DNA from: Patescibacteria group bacterium
GTDB taxonomy: Bacteria; Patescibacteriota; Kazan-3B-28
DNA: 64,000 bases
Direction: 5' to 3'
NCBI GenBank assembly: GCA_028717565.1
Contig: JAQUNP010000001.1
Location: 293,996-357,995 of the forward strand
In this document: positions 37,558 through 45,521 of the stretch, in pieces
Layout of the letters: every line of letters starts with the position of its first letter
Position numbering within the stretch: position 1 is the first letter of the stretch
Position numbers and translations under genes: made by a program
Notes under the pieces: generated by a model
The model's input: only the letters and a program-made list of their open reading frames with translations
Databases searched by the model: none
Told to the model about the DNA's origin: nothing

Positions 37558-39810
37558 ATGGCGGAGAATGAGAATCAAGAGGGATTTTTTTCGAAGGATG
37601 AAATTGCAAAGCGACGGCGGACTCTTTACCAACTAAAAGGCCGATTCAAGGACCTTAATCCGGAGTGGGTGAAGGCGCATCCTGACCAGATGGCTGAGAT
37701 GATGGCTGGGATTGAGGAGGGCTTAGAGGAAATAGAAAGGAACAAGCCGCTGGCTAAGTTTGGGGCGACTAATTTGGATTTGCTGGCAGGTAGGGTGGGG
37801 CGAGCTGAAGATGCACAGAAGTCTGCTGATGAAAAGCAGCAACCGGATTCGGAAGCTCAAGAGTCGGAACAAAAACAGGGCCAAGAGAGGCCAGATCAGC
37901 AGGATGACTGGGAGAGGGCAAAAAAGGAGCTAGAAAAAAAGAAGGGCAAGGAGGAGCCTCAAGGCAAAGACAAAGTTGAAAATGAACCTGAGGCCAAACA
38001 ATCTACCACCGAGGGCGAGGCCGGTCCCAAAACGGAGCCGAAGCCGACGTCTTCTGCTACGCCTAAGCCGACGGGGGCATCTGTGCCAAAACCGGTCCCA
38101 GCGGCTGGAGCCGGAGCTGGTGGTGGAGCCGCAGCTGCAGGTAGCGGTGCGGCGGCTGGAGGGGCTGCAGCCGGAGCTGGTGGTGGAGCCGCAGCTGCAG
38201 GTAGCGGTGCGGCGGCGGCTGGAGGCATAGCTGCCGGCTGGTGGATTGTTTTGATAATCTTGGCAGTCGCTTTAATCGCGATTCTTTTTTATATAATTTA
38301 TGCGGCAGCCCAAAATAAGGTCTTGGATGAGGCCGGCGGATCAGTTTTTGTAACATTGAGTTGCGAGAGTACGTATGACCAAGAATTGGTGAATGACGTG
38401 ATTTTTTGGACACAAAACCCCACTGATAATCCGAGGTTGGTTTTGGCACCAGAAATAGTTCACGATATTGAATGGCAGGGAGAGGGCTGCACAGATGAAA
38501 CTACCCATAAATTAGACAAGAGGGTTATGGAAACATTACGGTATTTGGTATCTGACCCGCCGCTGGGTGTGGCGTGGCCCAAGATTATGGTGGGATTGTT
38601 GGCCAGCAATGGACCGGACAAAACTGTTCGGGCCGCCAATGAGCAGGAGCGGGAGTTGGCTATCGATGAACCAATAGCCACATTCTCAGCTTATGGTACG
38701 GGGCAGGCCCTGGGGATTACAGCGATTGGGGTAACCAGTCCAGAACTGACCGCCGCTATGGGTTTGCTTAACCCAGTGCCAGTGCAGGTGGGTTGGCAGG
38801 AAGTGTTTAGTGTTAATCGACTGTATCCACTGTATGAGGCAATGCAATTTGATGCATCATTTTTATATGATGAGTTGGCGAAGATTATAAATATTAGTGA
38901 GTTGGGCGGTGCTCAATATTTGCGTGATACGCAAGATACAGAGGGGGAGCTCAAAATAGCCGATCTTTATTTGGTAGCCCAAAAGCGAGTCAGTGATTTG
39001 CGAGTGAATATAGCCAATATATCTGGACTGTTTTCTAGCCCGACGTTTTCGGAGGCGGCTATTGAATATTTCAGTCGGGCGGATGCGGACTTGGCCAGAG
39101 CCGAAGAACGGCTAGCCGCTGCCTTGGCAGAATCGCCGGAGGCATTTATTGATGCATGGGCAGAAGGCAGAGATAATCCTGAAGCTGTGGGTGTAGCGGA
39201 TGAGGACACTCTGGTTTATCAGGGCATACGTGAAGGTATCCGATTTGTGTTTAGAGCGATGCAAGTGGCTAATATGGAGGGGTGGCGTGGTAACCGAGAT
39301 CGGCTGGATCTTTGGCAGGCCTATGAAGCCAGACAACACATCCGACAAGTTGTCCTAGATTTGCTTAGAATGCCCATTGTATTGCAAGGACGAGAGGGGA
39401 TTGGGTATGGACCGGTGGTAAAGCAGATTATTGCGTTCAGCGTTGAAGACGATTTGGATAATGGGTTGCCAGACATTGATATTTATCCCAAGGGAGCTAC
39501 TTCGGTGGATGAGGGTGGAGTAGGCATGGAGCCAGCTCTAGACGGAGTAGTGGATTACTGGGACGTACACTTTTCTTCTGTGCAAGTGGACAACGGCTCT
39601 TTGTCTAAGCTGTGTACATATTTTGTATATGACACTTCGGAAATGACAAACGAGGAGCGGACGGCGGCCAATATGGTGTTGAGCACTTTGGATGCGGGTG
39701 AGTTGGACGGTCTGTGCAATATTTTATATGGTAATGAGGATTATGCTTTGGGCGACAATGAGATCGGCGGCCGAGTCAGCTATCAGAAGTTTCTCCATAT
39801 TGGCTTTTAG
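37558..39810 (+). CDS. Large bitopic protein: disordered charged N-terminal region, Ala/Gly repeat, TM helix, about 480-aa extracytoplasmic domain of unknown fold
   Basis: 750 aa. Starts 1 nt after the previous stop. E/K/Q-rich region, (A/G)n tract, TM helix WWIVLIILAVALIAILFYIIYAAA. No catalytic motif recognised. Confidence 0.6.
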   Translation: MAENENQEGFFSKDEIAKRRRTLYQLKGRFKDLNPEWVKAHPDQMAEMMAGIEEGLEEIERNKPLAKFGATNLDLLAGRVGRAEDAQKSADEKQQPDSEAQESEQKQGQERPDQQDDWERAKKELEKKKGKEEPQGKDKVENEPEAKQSTTEGEAGPKTEPKPTSSATPKPTGASVPKPVPAAGAGAGGGAAAAGSGAAAGGAAAGAGGGAAAAGSGAAAAGGIAAGWWIVLIILAVALIAILFYIIYAAAQNKVLDEAGGSVFVTLSCESTYDQELVNDVIFWTQNPTDNPRLVLAPEIVHDIEWQGEGCTDETTHKLDKRVMETLRYLVSDPPLGVAWPKIMVGLLASNGPDKTVRAANEQERELAIDEPIATFSAYGTGQALGITAIGVTSPELTAAMGLLNPVPVQVGWQEVFSVNRLYPLYEAMQFDASFLYDELAKIINISELGGAQYLRDTQDTEGELKIADLYLVAQKRVSDLRVNIANISGLFSSPTFSEAAIEYFSRADADLARAEERLAAALAESPEAFIDAWAEGRDNPEAVGVADEDTLVYQGIREGIRFVFRAMQVANMEGWRGNRDRLDLWQAYEARQHIRQVVLDLLRMPIVLQGREGIGYGPVVKQIIAFSVEDDLDNGLPDIDIYPKGATSVDEGGVGMEPALDGVVDYWDVHFSSVQVDNGSLSKLCTYFVYDTSEMTNEERTAANMVLSTLDAGELDGLCNILYGNEDYALGDNEIGGRVSYQKFLHIGF
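38109..38216 (+). repeat. Perfect 48-nt direct repeat (period 60 nt) inside the Ala/Gly linker
   Basis: 38109-38156 is identical to 38169-38216 (agccggagctggtggtggagccgcagctgcaggtagcggtgcggcggc). It extends to 54 nt with 1 mismatch. Confidence 0.95.
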
Positions 39811-39861
39811 GGTACAATCCTTATAGAAGGTTTGCTAGTTTGGTAGCTTGTTTTTTTGATT

Positions 39862-39951
39862 GGAGAGGTGTCCGAGCGGCTTAAGGAACTGGTCTTGAAA
39901 ACCAGCAAGGCGGCAACGTCTTCGTGGGTTCGAATCCCACCCTCTCCGCCA
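39862..39951 (+). tRNA. tRNA-Ser (anticodon UGA), CCA encoded
   Basis: Acceptor GGAGAGG/CCTCTCC, anticodon stem CTGGT/ACCAG with loop CTTGAAA, long variable arm, T-arm GTGGGTTCGAATCCCAC. Confidence 0.95.
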
Positions 39952-40074
39952 CGGGTCAGAATTCAACTGGTTTGAATCTGGATCCGTGGCGAGGGTATGG
40001 ATACGACGCATCCGAAGGACAAAGGTTCGTATACGATGCTGCCAAAATATAGATAAAATCCTTTCCAACATCCG

Positions 40075-40096
40075 CCCCAAAGGGGTCCCGTTGGGA
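40075..40096. repeat. 22-nt imperfect palindromic element, copy 1
   Basis: CCCCAAAGGGGTCCCGTTGGGA. It matches 54113-54134 at 19 of 22 positions. The differences fall in the loop, at the mismatched central pair and at the last base. Confidence 0.8.
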
Positions 40097-40133
40097 CGAG
40101 TGGAGGGGCCCACCGGAGGTGGGAAACCTACCT

Positions 40134-40148
40134 CACCCTCTCCGCCAC
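40134..40148 (+). repeat. Duplicated 3' end of tRNA-Ser (att-like direct repeat)
   Basis: CACCCTCTCCGCCAC is identical to 39938-39952 (T-stem 3' side, acceptor 3' strand, discriminator, CCA and one more base). The copies are 196 nt apart. Confidence 0.85.
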
Positions 40149-40176
40149 TATATAATAGAGGTATTAATAAGTTTTT

Positions 40177-40662
40177 ATGGCAGACAAACAAGATAGAGGG
40201 AAAGAACTTTTTTCATGGCAAGCTGGCGAGTTTCGGGCTGCTACACGGGGGGTGTGGTGGCATGTTACGGTTTGGGCCTTGGCAATATTGGCGGTCGTGT
40301 ATTCTGTTTATATACAAAGCTGGTTTTTTATTGGAGTGGTGGTGATGATAGTGGTGGCACTCTATGTTCTTGGGCGAGCAGAGCCGCGGGTGTTCACGCA
40401 CAGTATTACTGATAGCGGGATTTTGGTGGGCGAGAGATTTTATAGTTATGATTCGTTGAAGTCATTTTGGATAGTAAATGACAAGATAGCTGGGGTAACT
40501 TTAAATGTTATGACTGCCAAGCGATTTGATTTACTGTTAACTTTACAAATCCAAGAGAGTGATGTAGAAAAGGTGAGACAGATCCTGTCGAAGTTTCTGC
40601 CAGAGGATGCAGGCAGGGGTGAGGATACGATAGATAAAATCGGTCGGTTTCTTAAATTTTGA
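40177..40662 (+). CDS. Hypothetical membrane protein (2 TM helices plus small C-terminal domain)
   Basis: 161 aa. TATAAT at 40151-40156. No recognisable motif. Confidence 0.6.
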   Translation: MADKQDRGKELFSWQAGEFRAATRGVWWHVTVWALAILAVVYSVYIQSWFFIGVVVMIVVALYVLGRAEPRVFTHSITDSGILVGERFYSYDSLKSFWIVNDKIAGVTLNVMTAKRFDLLLTLQIQESDVEKVRQILSKFLPEDAGRGEDTIDKIGRFLKF

Positions 40663-40671
40663 AAGTCATAT

Positions 40672-40748
40672 GCGCCTGTAGCTCAGCGGATTAGAGCGTC
40701 TAGCTACGGACTAGAAGGTCAGGGGTTCGAGTCCCTTCAGGCGCGCCA
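40672..40748 (+). tRNA. tRNA-Arg (anticodon ACG), CCA encoded
   Basis: Acceptor GCGCCTG/CAGGCGC, anticodon stem TCTAG/CTAGA with loop CTACGGA, T-loop TTCGAGT. Confidence 0.93.
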
Positions 40749-40749
40749 C

Positions 40750-40841
40750 GGAGAGGTGCCAGAGTGGCCGAATGGGACGGTTTGCTAAACCGTTATACGG
40801 GGTTTCTCGTATCGAGGGTTCGAATCCCTCCCTCTCCGCCA
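40750..40841 (+). tRNA. tRNA-Ser (anticodon GCU), CCA encoded
   Basis: Acceptor GGAGAGG/CCTCTCC, anticodon stem ACGGT/ACCGT with loop TTGCTAA, long variable arm. Starts 1 nt after tRNA-Arg. Confidence 0.93.
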
Positions 40842-40848
40842 GTAGATT

Positions 40849-41007
40849 ATGAACAAAGTGCGATATAGACAAGGGTTGTGCCTAAGCCTGTTACTGGTAG
40901 TTTTCGGTATTATCATTTTTGTTGCGCTAGAGCACATCAAAGCGGTGGGATGTGTGTTGGTTGTGGTGGGTCTTGGGTTGATGGCTAAATTCATTCGGGT
41001 TTTATGA
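40849..41007 (+). CDS. Small hydrophobic protein, 52 aa, 2 predicted TM helices (not in the supplied ORF track)
   Basis: Hand translation gives MNKVRYRQGLCLSLLLVVFGIIIFVALEHIKAVGCVLVVVGLGLMAKFIRVL*. Its TGA overlaps the tadA ATG (ATGA). Confidence 0.4.
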   Translation: MNKVRYRQGLCLSLLLVVFGIIIFVALEHIKAVGCVLVVVGLGLMAKFIRVL

Positions 41008-41459
41008 AGGGAGATCAAAAGTACCGAGATGAGATTCTAAGATTGGCCCGTAAGGCCTATTCTGCAAATGAAGTTCCCGTGGGAGCGATTGTGGTAGATG
41101 GTGATGGTACGATTATTGGCCGAGGGTTCAACCAAACCCATACCAAGAAAGATGGCTTAAGACACGCAGAGCTGGTGGCCATCAGGATGGCGCAGCGGAA
41201 GGTGGGTGACTGGCGCTTGGAAAAGGCGTCAATATATATTACGTTAGAGCCGTGTCTGATGTGTTTAGGCGCTATTGGTAACGCTCGTATCAAAAACCTT
41301 TATTATATTTTGTCGGATCCCTTATTCGGTTCGGTGGCGAGTAAGTTAACTAAAGCAAAAGTCCGTCAGTTGTTTCCAGGATTAAATATTGAGAAACTGT
41401 CGGGTGGGACAGAGGTAGGGCAGTTGATGCGGGAATTTTTTAAAAAATTACGAAAGTAG
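41004..41459 (+). CDS. tadA: tRNA-specific adenosine(34) deaminase
   Basis: 151 aa. CDA zinc motifs HAELVAI and PCLMCLGAI. Confidence 0.9.
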   Translation: MKGDQKYRDEILRLARKAYSANEVPVGAIVVDGDGTIIGRGFNQTHTKKDGLRHAELVAIRMAQRKVGDWRLEKASIYITLEPCLMCLGAIGNARIKNLYYILSDPLFGSVASKLTKAKVRQLFPGLNIEKLSGGTEVGQLMREFFKKLRK

Positions 41460-41470
41460 ATAAACCAAAA

Positions 41471-41562
41471 GGAGAGGTGCCAGAGTGGTTGAACGGGGCG
41501 CTCTCGAAAAGCGTTATATCCTGTTTGGGATATCGTGGGTTCGAATCCCACCCTCTCCGCCA
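41471..41562 (+). tRNA. tRNA-Ser (anticodon CGA), CCA encoded
   Basis: Acceptor GGAGAGG/CCTCTCC, anticodon stem GCGCT/AGCGT with loop CTCGAAA, long variable arm, T-arm GTGGGTTCGAATCCCAC. Confidence 0.93.
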
Positions 41563-41582
41563 GTAATTTTATTTTTTGGAAG

Positions 41583-42476
41583 ATGAGTTGTTCTGTAATA
41601 GTGCCCACTTATAACCGCTTGGGGTATTTAAAAAAGTGTCTAGCTTCCTTGCGGAATTTAGATCACCAAGATTTTGAACTGGTGGTTGTAGATGATGCTT
41701 CCACCGATGGGACGCGCGAGTTTTTAGAAAGTTGGCAAGACGACCGGGTGCGGGTGATTCGTCAGCCAATGAATCAGGGCGTGGCACGGGCTAGAAATGT
41801 TGGAATCAAAGTGGCATCCGGGGAAGTGTTAGCTTTCATTGATGACGACTGTGTAGCAGAGCCGGCTTGGCTTGGGAGTCTGTTGCAAGGATTTACCAAT
41901 GAGGAGATTGGTTTTGTGATAGGCCAAACCTTTTACGCGCGACCTGGATACAAGGGGTATTTCCCAGAACGTTTGGTATCCAATGTAGGGGCGAGATGGC
42001 CAATGACATCTAACATCGCTTTTCGGAGGCAGGTTTTTAATAAGTGTGGCGGTTTTGATGATTTTTTCTTGCAGTACAATAATGAAGATTCTGAAATGGC
42101 AATTCGGGCCGTGACACAAGGGTTTGATTTTGTACGTGAGAAGGCGGCGGTAGTGTATCACCAGCCAGCCGACTGGACAGTGGCTTCACTTTGGCGGTCG
42201 GCAAGAAACGCCTCGGTTTGGCCAGTGCTAAAAAAGTATTACCCGGAAACGTATATGGTTTTTGGCCCACCAGTTAGTGGAGGGTGGCTGGTGAACGGAA
42301 TGGATTATTTCTATATTTTAACCGCCCCCATTTTGATACCGGCGCTGCTATTGCGGTACCTGTGGCACGGCAAACGAGATCTGAAAATATTTTTTGCTAA
42401 GTGGCCAATCTATATTTTTTTGAGACGATTCTATATTTATAAAGAGGCCATAAAAAATCGAGTTTGGATGCTTTAA
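41583..42476 (+). CDS. Glycosyltransferase family 2
   Basis: Start moved to M17 (MSCSVIVPTYNR...) because the track ORF begins inside the tRNA. DDASTDGT and FIDDD (DxD) motifs. Confidence 0.85.
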   Translation: MSCSVIVPTYNRLGYLKKCLASLRNLDHQDFELVVVDDASTDGTREFLESWQDDRVRVIRQPMNQGVARARNVGIKVASGEVLAFIDDDCVAEPAWLGSLLQGFTNEEIGFVIGQTFYARPGYKGYFPERLVSNVGARWPMTSNIAFRRQVFNKCGGFDDFFLQYNNEDSEMAIRAVTQGFDFVREKAAVVYHQPADWTVASLWRSARNASVWPVLKKYYPETYMVFGPPVSGGWLVNGMDYFYILTAPILIPALLLRYLWHGKRDLKIFFAKWPIYIFLRRFYIYKEAIKNRVWML

Positions 42477-42479
42477 CAG

Positions 42480-42509
42480 CAAGAGCCCTTCATGTTTGAA
42501 GGGCTCTTG
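42480..42509. terminator. Hairpin between convergent GT2 and pilin genes
   Basis: CAAGAGCCCTTC-atgttt-GAAGGGCTCTTG, a perfect 12-bp stem with weak T-runs. Confidence 0.6.
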
Positions 42510-42537
42510 TTAATGTCTAGCTGATTTGGCTAACTAA

Positions 42538-42888
42538 CTACGTGCGGAAAAGGTCGACCACGGATGTGGCGATGACGTAGGCCAGCAGAATGACCACCAT
42601 ACCGATAATGGCATTGATGATGATCTGTTTTGCTGTTTCAGCACCCTTGGCGCCACCTGTGATGTAAGTGATACCGCCATAGACCAAGTAGCCCACAGCA
42701 ATAGCACCAGCGATGCCAGCGATAATCTGGATGGCGTTGTCGATGATGCCAGTTAAGCTATCGATACCACCCGATTGCAGCGCGTCCCCAAGACCGATAT
42801 CGCCCGACGATTGAGCCATAGCAGGCAGGGGCAACAAAAGAATACTGCCAGCTAACCATGCGGATAAATTTACAAATAATTTCTTCAT
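42538..42888 (-). CDS. VirB2/TrbC-like T4SS pilin
   Basis: 116 aa. Signal peptide (..LPAMA), then two hydrophobic helices flanking YGGITYITGGAKGAETAKQIIINAIIGMVVILLAY, the pattern of Gram-positive/CPR T4SS pilins. Confidence 0.7.
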   Translation of the reverse strand: MKKLFVNLSAWLAGSILLLPLPAMAQSSGDIGLGDALQSGGIDSLTGIIDNAIQIIAGIAGAIAVGYLVYGGITYITGGAKGAETAKQIIINAIIGMVVILLAYVIATSVVDLFRT

Positions 42889-42924
42889 TGTTATTTCCCC
42901 ACAAAATCAATTTATATCTGTTTC

Positions 42925-42954
42925 ATTTTATCACGATTGGGTTCGACCCCTCAA
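42925..42954 (-). promoter_or_regulatory. Candidate promoter of the distal pilin gene
   Basis: The minus strand reads TTGAGG (42954-42949), an 18-nt spacer ending in TGa, then TAAAAT (42930-42925). Confidence 0.4.
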
Positions 42955-42973
42955 TACCCGATAAGTGATGTTA

Positions 42974-43312
42974 TTAACCACTCGTGATGACTTCTTTAAA
43001 GGATTGGACAATGGCGTATGCCAACAAAACAATCACAGCTCCGACAATAGCGGAGAGGATAGTTTTTTTACCTCCATCGGTGTTGCCTTGCATATATTTG
43101 ATGCCACCCCAAACAATCATGCCGACAATGATGGCTCCAGCAAAATTGGCGAGCCAAACAATCAACTGCTCGGCGGCTACTCCGGCTTGTTGGACTAACT
43201 GATCAAGATTTTCGGTCGAGCTGGTCTCAGTATTTTGAGCCAAGCAAATTGGCGTGGCAAGAAACCAAGCAGTGGGGAGGCCAAGCAAAAAAGTTTTTAT
43301 AAGTTGGTTCAT
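42974..43312 (-). CDS. VirB2/TrbC-like T4SS pilin (paralog)
   Basis: 112 aa. Signal peptide (..PICLA). WGGIKYMQGNTDGGKKTILSAIVGAVIVLLAY. Its ATG overlaps the TGA of the upstream solute-binding protein gene (ATGA). Confidence 0.7.
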   Translation of the reverse strand: MNQLIKTFLLGLPTAWFLATPICLAQNTETSSTENLDQLVQQAGVAAEQLIVWLANFAGAIIVGMIVWGGIKYMQGNTDGGKKTILSAIVGAVIVLLAYAIVQSFKEVITSG

Positions 43313-44673
43313 TCCAAGTTGTTGATATCTCTAACTGCAGTTTCGACGGCTACACGTGAACTAATCTTGTTTTTCAACACATTGGCAATCATCTCGTCAA
43401 AGATAGTTTCCACTTCGGAGGTGTTATTGCGGTACCAAGTTCTCATGTAAGGGACTTGCTCAGCAATAGCACCGTAGTATCTTTTGCCCTTGGCGTTGGC
43501 GAGAGAACTAAGGCGAGCCGAGATGCGGCCGGTGAAGCGCGCATAACTGCTTTGACGGGTGCCTTTGAGCATAAAATTGATAAAGTCCCAGGCCTCATTG
43601 GGATGGGCGCTGGTTCTAGATACGGTCTCGCCCCAATAGTTTGAGATGGTAACGGGGTCTTGCAAAGTGTTTTGGGGGATGGGGGCGGTGGCAAAGCGTA
43701 AGTTGGGGCTAAACTTTTGAATGTTGGCAATCTGATATCCGTAGCCTAACATCATAGCTGCCTTGCCTTCCATAAATGCCTGGACATCTGATGGGAAAAT
43801 ACGATTGCCAGCTGCATTAGTGGCTCCAGTATAGGTGTAGAGAGCAGAAGACGGGTTGGCAAACTGGGTATAAAATTCTAGAGCTGCTTCTCCTGCCATC
43901 ACCGGAGGATTGGTATTTGCTACGGGCAAATCAAAAGTGGCTTGGTCGCCGTCGGCTGATGTCATCTCAGCGCCATATTGCATCATGAGTGCGGCCAAAA
44001 TGCCAGAAGCGCCGGGGATGCTTTCAGAGGTTTCGCCTAGGGCGATGGCTGATCGGATGATATTGCCAGAGGCGTCTTTTTTAGTCAGTTGGGGGACTAG
44101 GGAGATTAATTCTTTCAAAGTTGTGGGAGCCTGTCTGATATGATTTTCGGAAAAGATATCAGTGTTGTAGAACAAAATGAGGTTGTCTATGTAGTATGGT
44201 ACTGCATAGATGCGATTGTCGGATACAAAGTCGTCCACCACTACTTGGGGGAAGGTTTCTTCGTAGTCATGGATGCTCATAAGCCCAGCTGGCATGGGAG
44301 AAATATGATTAATATGGTACGGCAACCAGTTGCTATTGATCATAAACATATCCGGCCCTGCACCATCGGCAATTAGTTTGGTGATTCGGGACTGATAATC
44401 ATAGACCGTTTCACCTTTCTCAATCTCTATTTTTTTGACTTCGATAGTAATATTTGGGTGAGCTTTTACATAGTCGTTGACAAACCCACGCATGACATCG
44501 CTTTCATCCCACAGACGCCAGTATTCCAAAGTAATGGGGTCCTTGGTATTAAGATCCGGTGCATCTTCCTGAGTGCTAATTCCACCGGTAGTGAGGCTGC
44601 ACCGAGCTGACATCAGCACTAACCCGATGGTGACGAAAAAGCAGAGGTATTTGACAAATTGTGTCTTGTTCAT
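43309..44673 (-). CDS. ABC-transporter-type extracellular solute-binding lipoprotein (family 1, sugar-like), orphan
   Basis: 454 aa. Lipobox LMSARC. ITLEYWRLWDE... and GAGPDMFMINSNWLP patterns. No permease or ATPase gene adjacent. Confidence 0.8.
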   Translation of the reverse strand: MNKTQFVKYLCFFVTIGLVLMSARCSLTTGGISTQEDAPDLNTKDPITLEYWRLWDESDVMRGFVNDYVKAHPNITIEVKKIEIEKGETVYDYQSRITKLIADGAGPDMFMINSNWLPYHINHISPMPAGLMSIHDYEETFPQVVVDDFVSDNRIYAVPYYIDNLILFYNTDIFSENHIRQAPTTLKELISLVPQLTKKDASGNIIRSAIALGETSESIPGASGILAALMMQYGAEMTSADGDQATFDLPVANTNPPVMAGEAALEFYTQFANPSSALYTYTGATNAAGNRIFPSDVQAFMEGKAAMMLGYGYQIANIQKFSPNLRFATAPIPQNTLQDPVTISNYWGETVSRTSAHPNEAWDFINFMLKGTRQSSYARFTGRISARLSSLANAKGKRYYGAIAEQVPYMRTWYRNNTSEVETIFDEMIANVLKNKISSRVAVETAVRDINNLE

Positions 44674-45521
44674 TTGATAACCTTTTTTAGTTTAGGATCA
44701 TCCTTGGCGTATTCAATGATAGCTTGAAGATAGCTAACGGGGTCTCCAGTAGTTAGCCATTTGCCCCCGATAACTTTTTGTACAATGACGGGATAGTCCC
44801 GAGCCAATATTTTTATTGCATCGGCTATCCAATATTCGTTACCTTTGCCCTTTTGGGTTTTTTCTAAGGCGGTAAAAATATCTGGTGTAAAAAGATACCG
44901 ACCAAAGGCAGCGAGACGGGAAGGAGCATTTTTGCGCGAAGGCTTTTCTACGATAGCATCTACAAAACGTGTTTTACCCTTCAACCCTACTATGCCATAT
45001 TTTGACACCTCTTTGCTACTGACCTCCTGCACACCCAGTACACTGCAACCGTGTTTTTTATAAGTGTCGATTAGTTGTTTCGAGAAGGATGTCCGAGATT
45101 TTACCAAGTCGTCTCCAAAGGCATAGATAAAGGGCTCGTTGCCAAGTAATTCTCGGGCAGTAATCGCTGGCAGGGCGTTGCCATATCCTTCGATTTGACG
45201 GATGTAAACAAACTTGGCTAACTTAGAAATTTTTTTGACCTCTTCGACCAGGGCTTTTTTGCCTTGAGCAAGCAACTGATGTTCTAACTCAAAGGATGGA
45301 TCAAAGTGGTCTTCGATGGACTTCTTTTGCCAGTTGGTGACTAAGATAATCTCCTCAATGCCGGCAGCACTAAGCTCCTCGACAATATACTGGACAATCG
45401 GTTTGTCCAGGATAGGTAGCATTTCTTTGGGGGTGGTTTTGGTTACGGGCAAAAACCGAGTTCCGAATCCTGCTACGGCGATGACGGCTTTTCTAACTTT
45501 CATTGCTGATATCTCGTACAT
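44670..45521 (-). CDS. galU: UTP--glucose-1-phosphate uridylyltransferase
   Basis: 283 aa. AVIAVAGFGTRFLPVTKTTPKEMLPI motif. The start may be M7 (45503). Its TGA stop overlaps the ATG of the downstream SBP gene (ATGA). Confidence 0.9.
   Translation of the reverse strand: MYEISAMKVRKAVIAVAGFGTRFLPVTKTTPKEMLPILDKPIVQYIVEELSAAGIEEIILVTNWQKKSIEDHFDPSFELEHQLLAQGKKALVEEVKKISKLAKFVYIRQIEGYGNALPAITARELLGNEPFIYAFGDDLVKSRTSFSKQLIDTYKKHGCSVLGVQEVSSKEVSKYGIVGLKGKTRFVDAIVEKPSRKNAPSRLAAFGRYLFTPDIFTALEKTQKGKGNEYWIADAIKILARDYPVIVQKVIGGKWLTTGDPVSYLQAIIEYAKDDPKLKKVIK

Noticed and set aside
37142-38449. Minus-strand ORFs 37142-37609, 37959-38228 and 38063-38449, and plus-strand ORF 37976-38230.
   Set aside because: They are antisense or off-frame readings of the PEGA-propeller gene and of the GC-rich Ala/Gly repeat. 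Repeat-driven open frames are expected there.
38460-39810. LAS/VanY-type peptidase (cell-wall hydrolase) assignment for the 750-aa protein, based on FSAYGTGQALGIT and C-terminal FLHIGF resembling the S.H..G.A.D and WH motifs.
   Set aside because: The metal-ligand His and Asp positions are replaced by Tyr and Gly, and the spacing is atypical. The resemblance is too weak to call without profile or structure evidence.
40100-40151. tRNA-like minihelix or two-piece tmRNA (GGAGGGG...CCTCTCC-G-CCA with an internal hairpin).
   Set aside because: There is no G3:U70 Ala identity, no canonical T-loop and 13 unpaired nt inside the putative acceptor helix. It is better explained as a duplicated tRNA-Ser 3' end.
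39835-40345. Track ORFs 39835-40191 (minus) and 39986-40345 (plus).
   Set aside because: They run through tRNA-Ser(UGA) and the non-coding repeat region, or overlap the better-supported 40177-40662 gene. Their composition is low-complexity and non-protein-like.
40785-41608. Track ORFs 40785-41018 (minus) and 41366-41608 (minus), plus the N-terminal 16 codons of 41535-42476.
   Set aside because: They overlap tRNA-Ser(GCU) or tRNA-Ser(CGA), or lie antisense to tadA. They are spurious.
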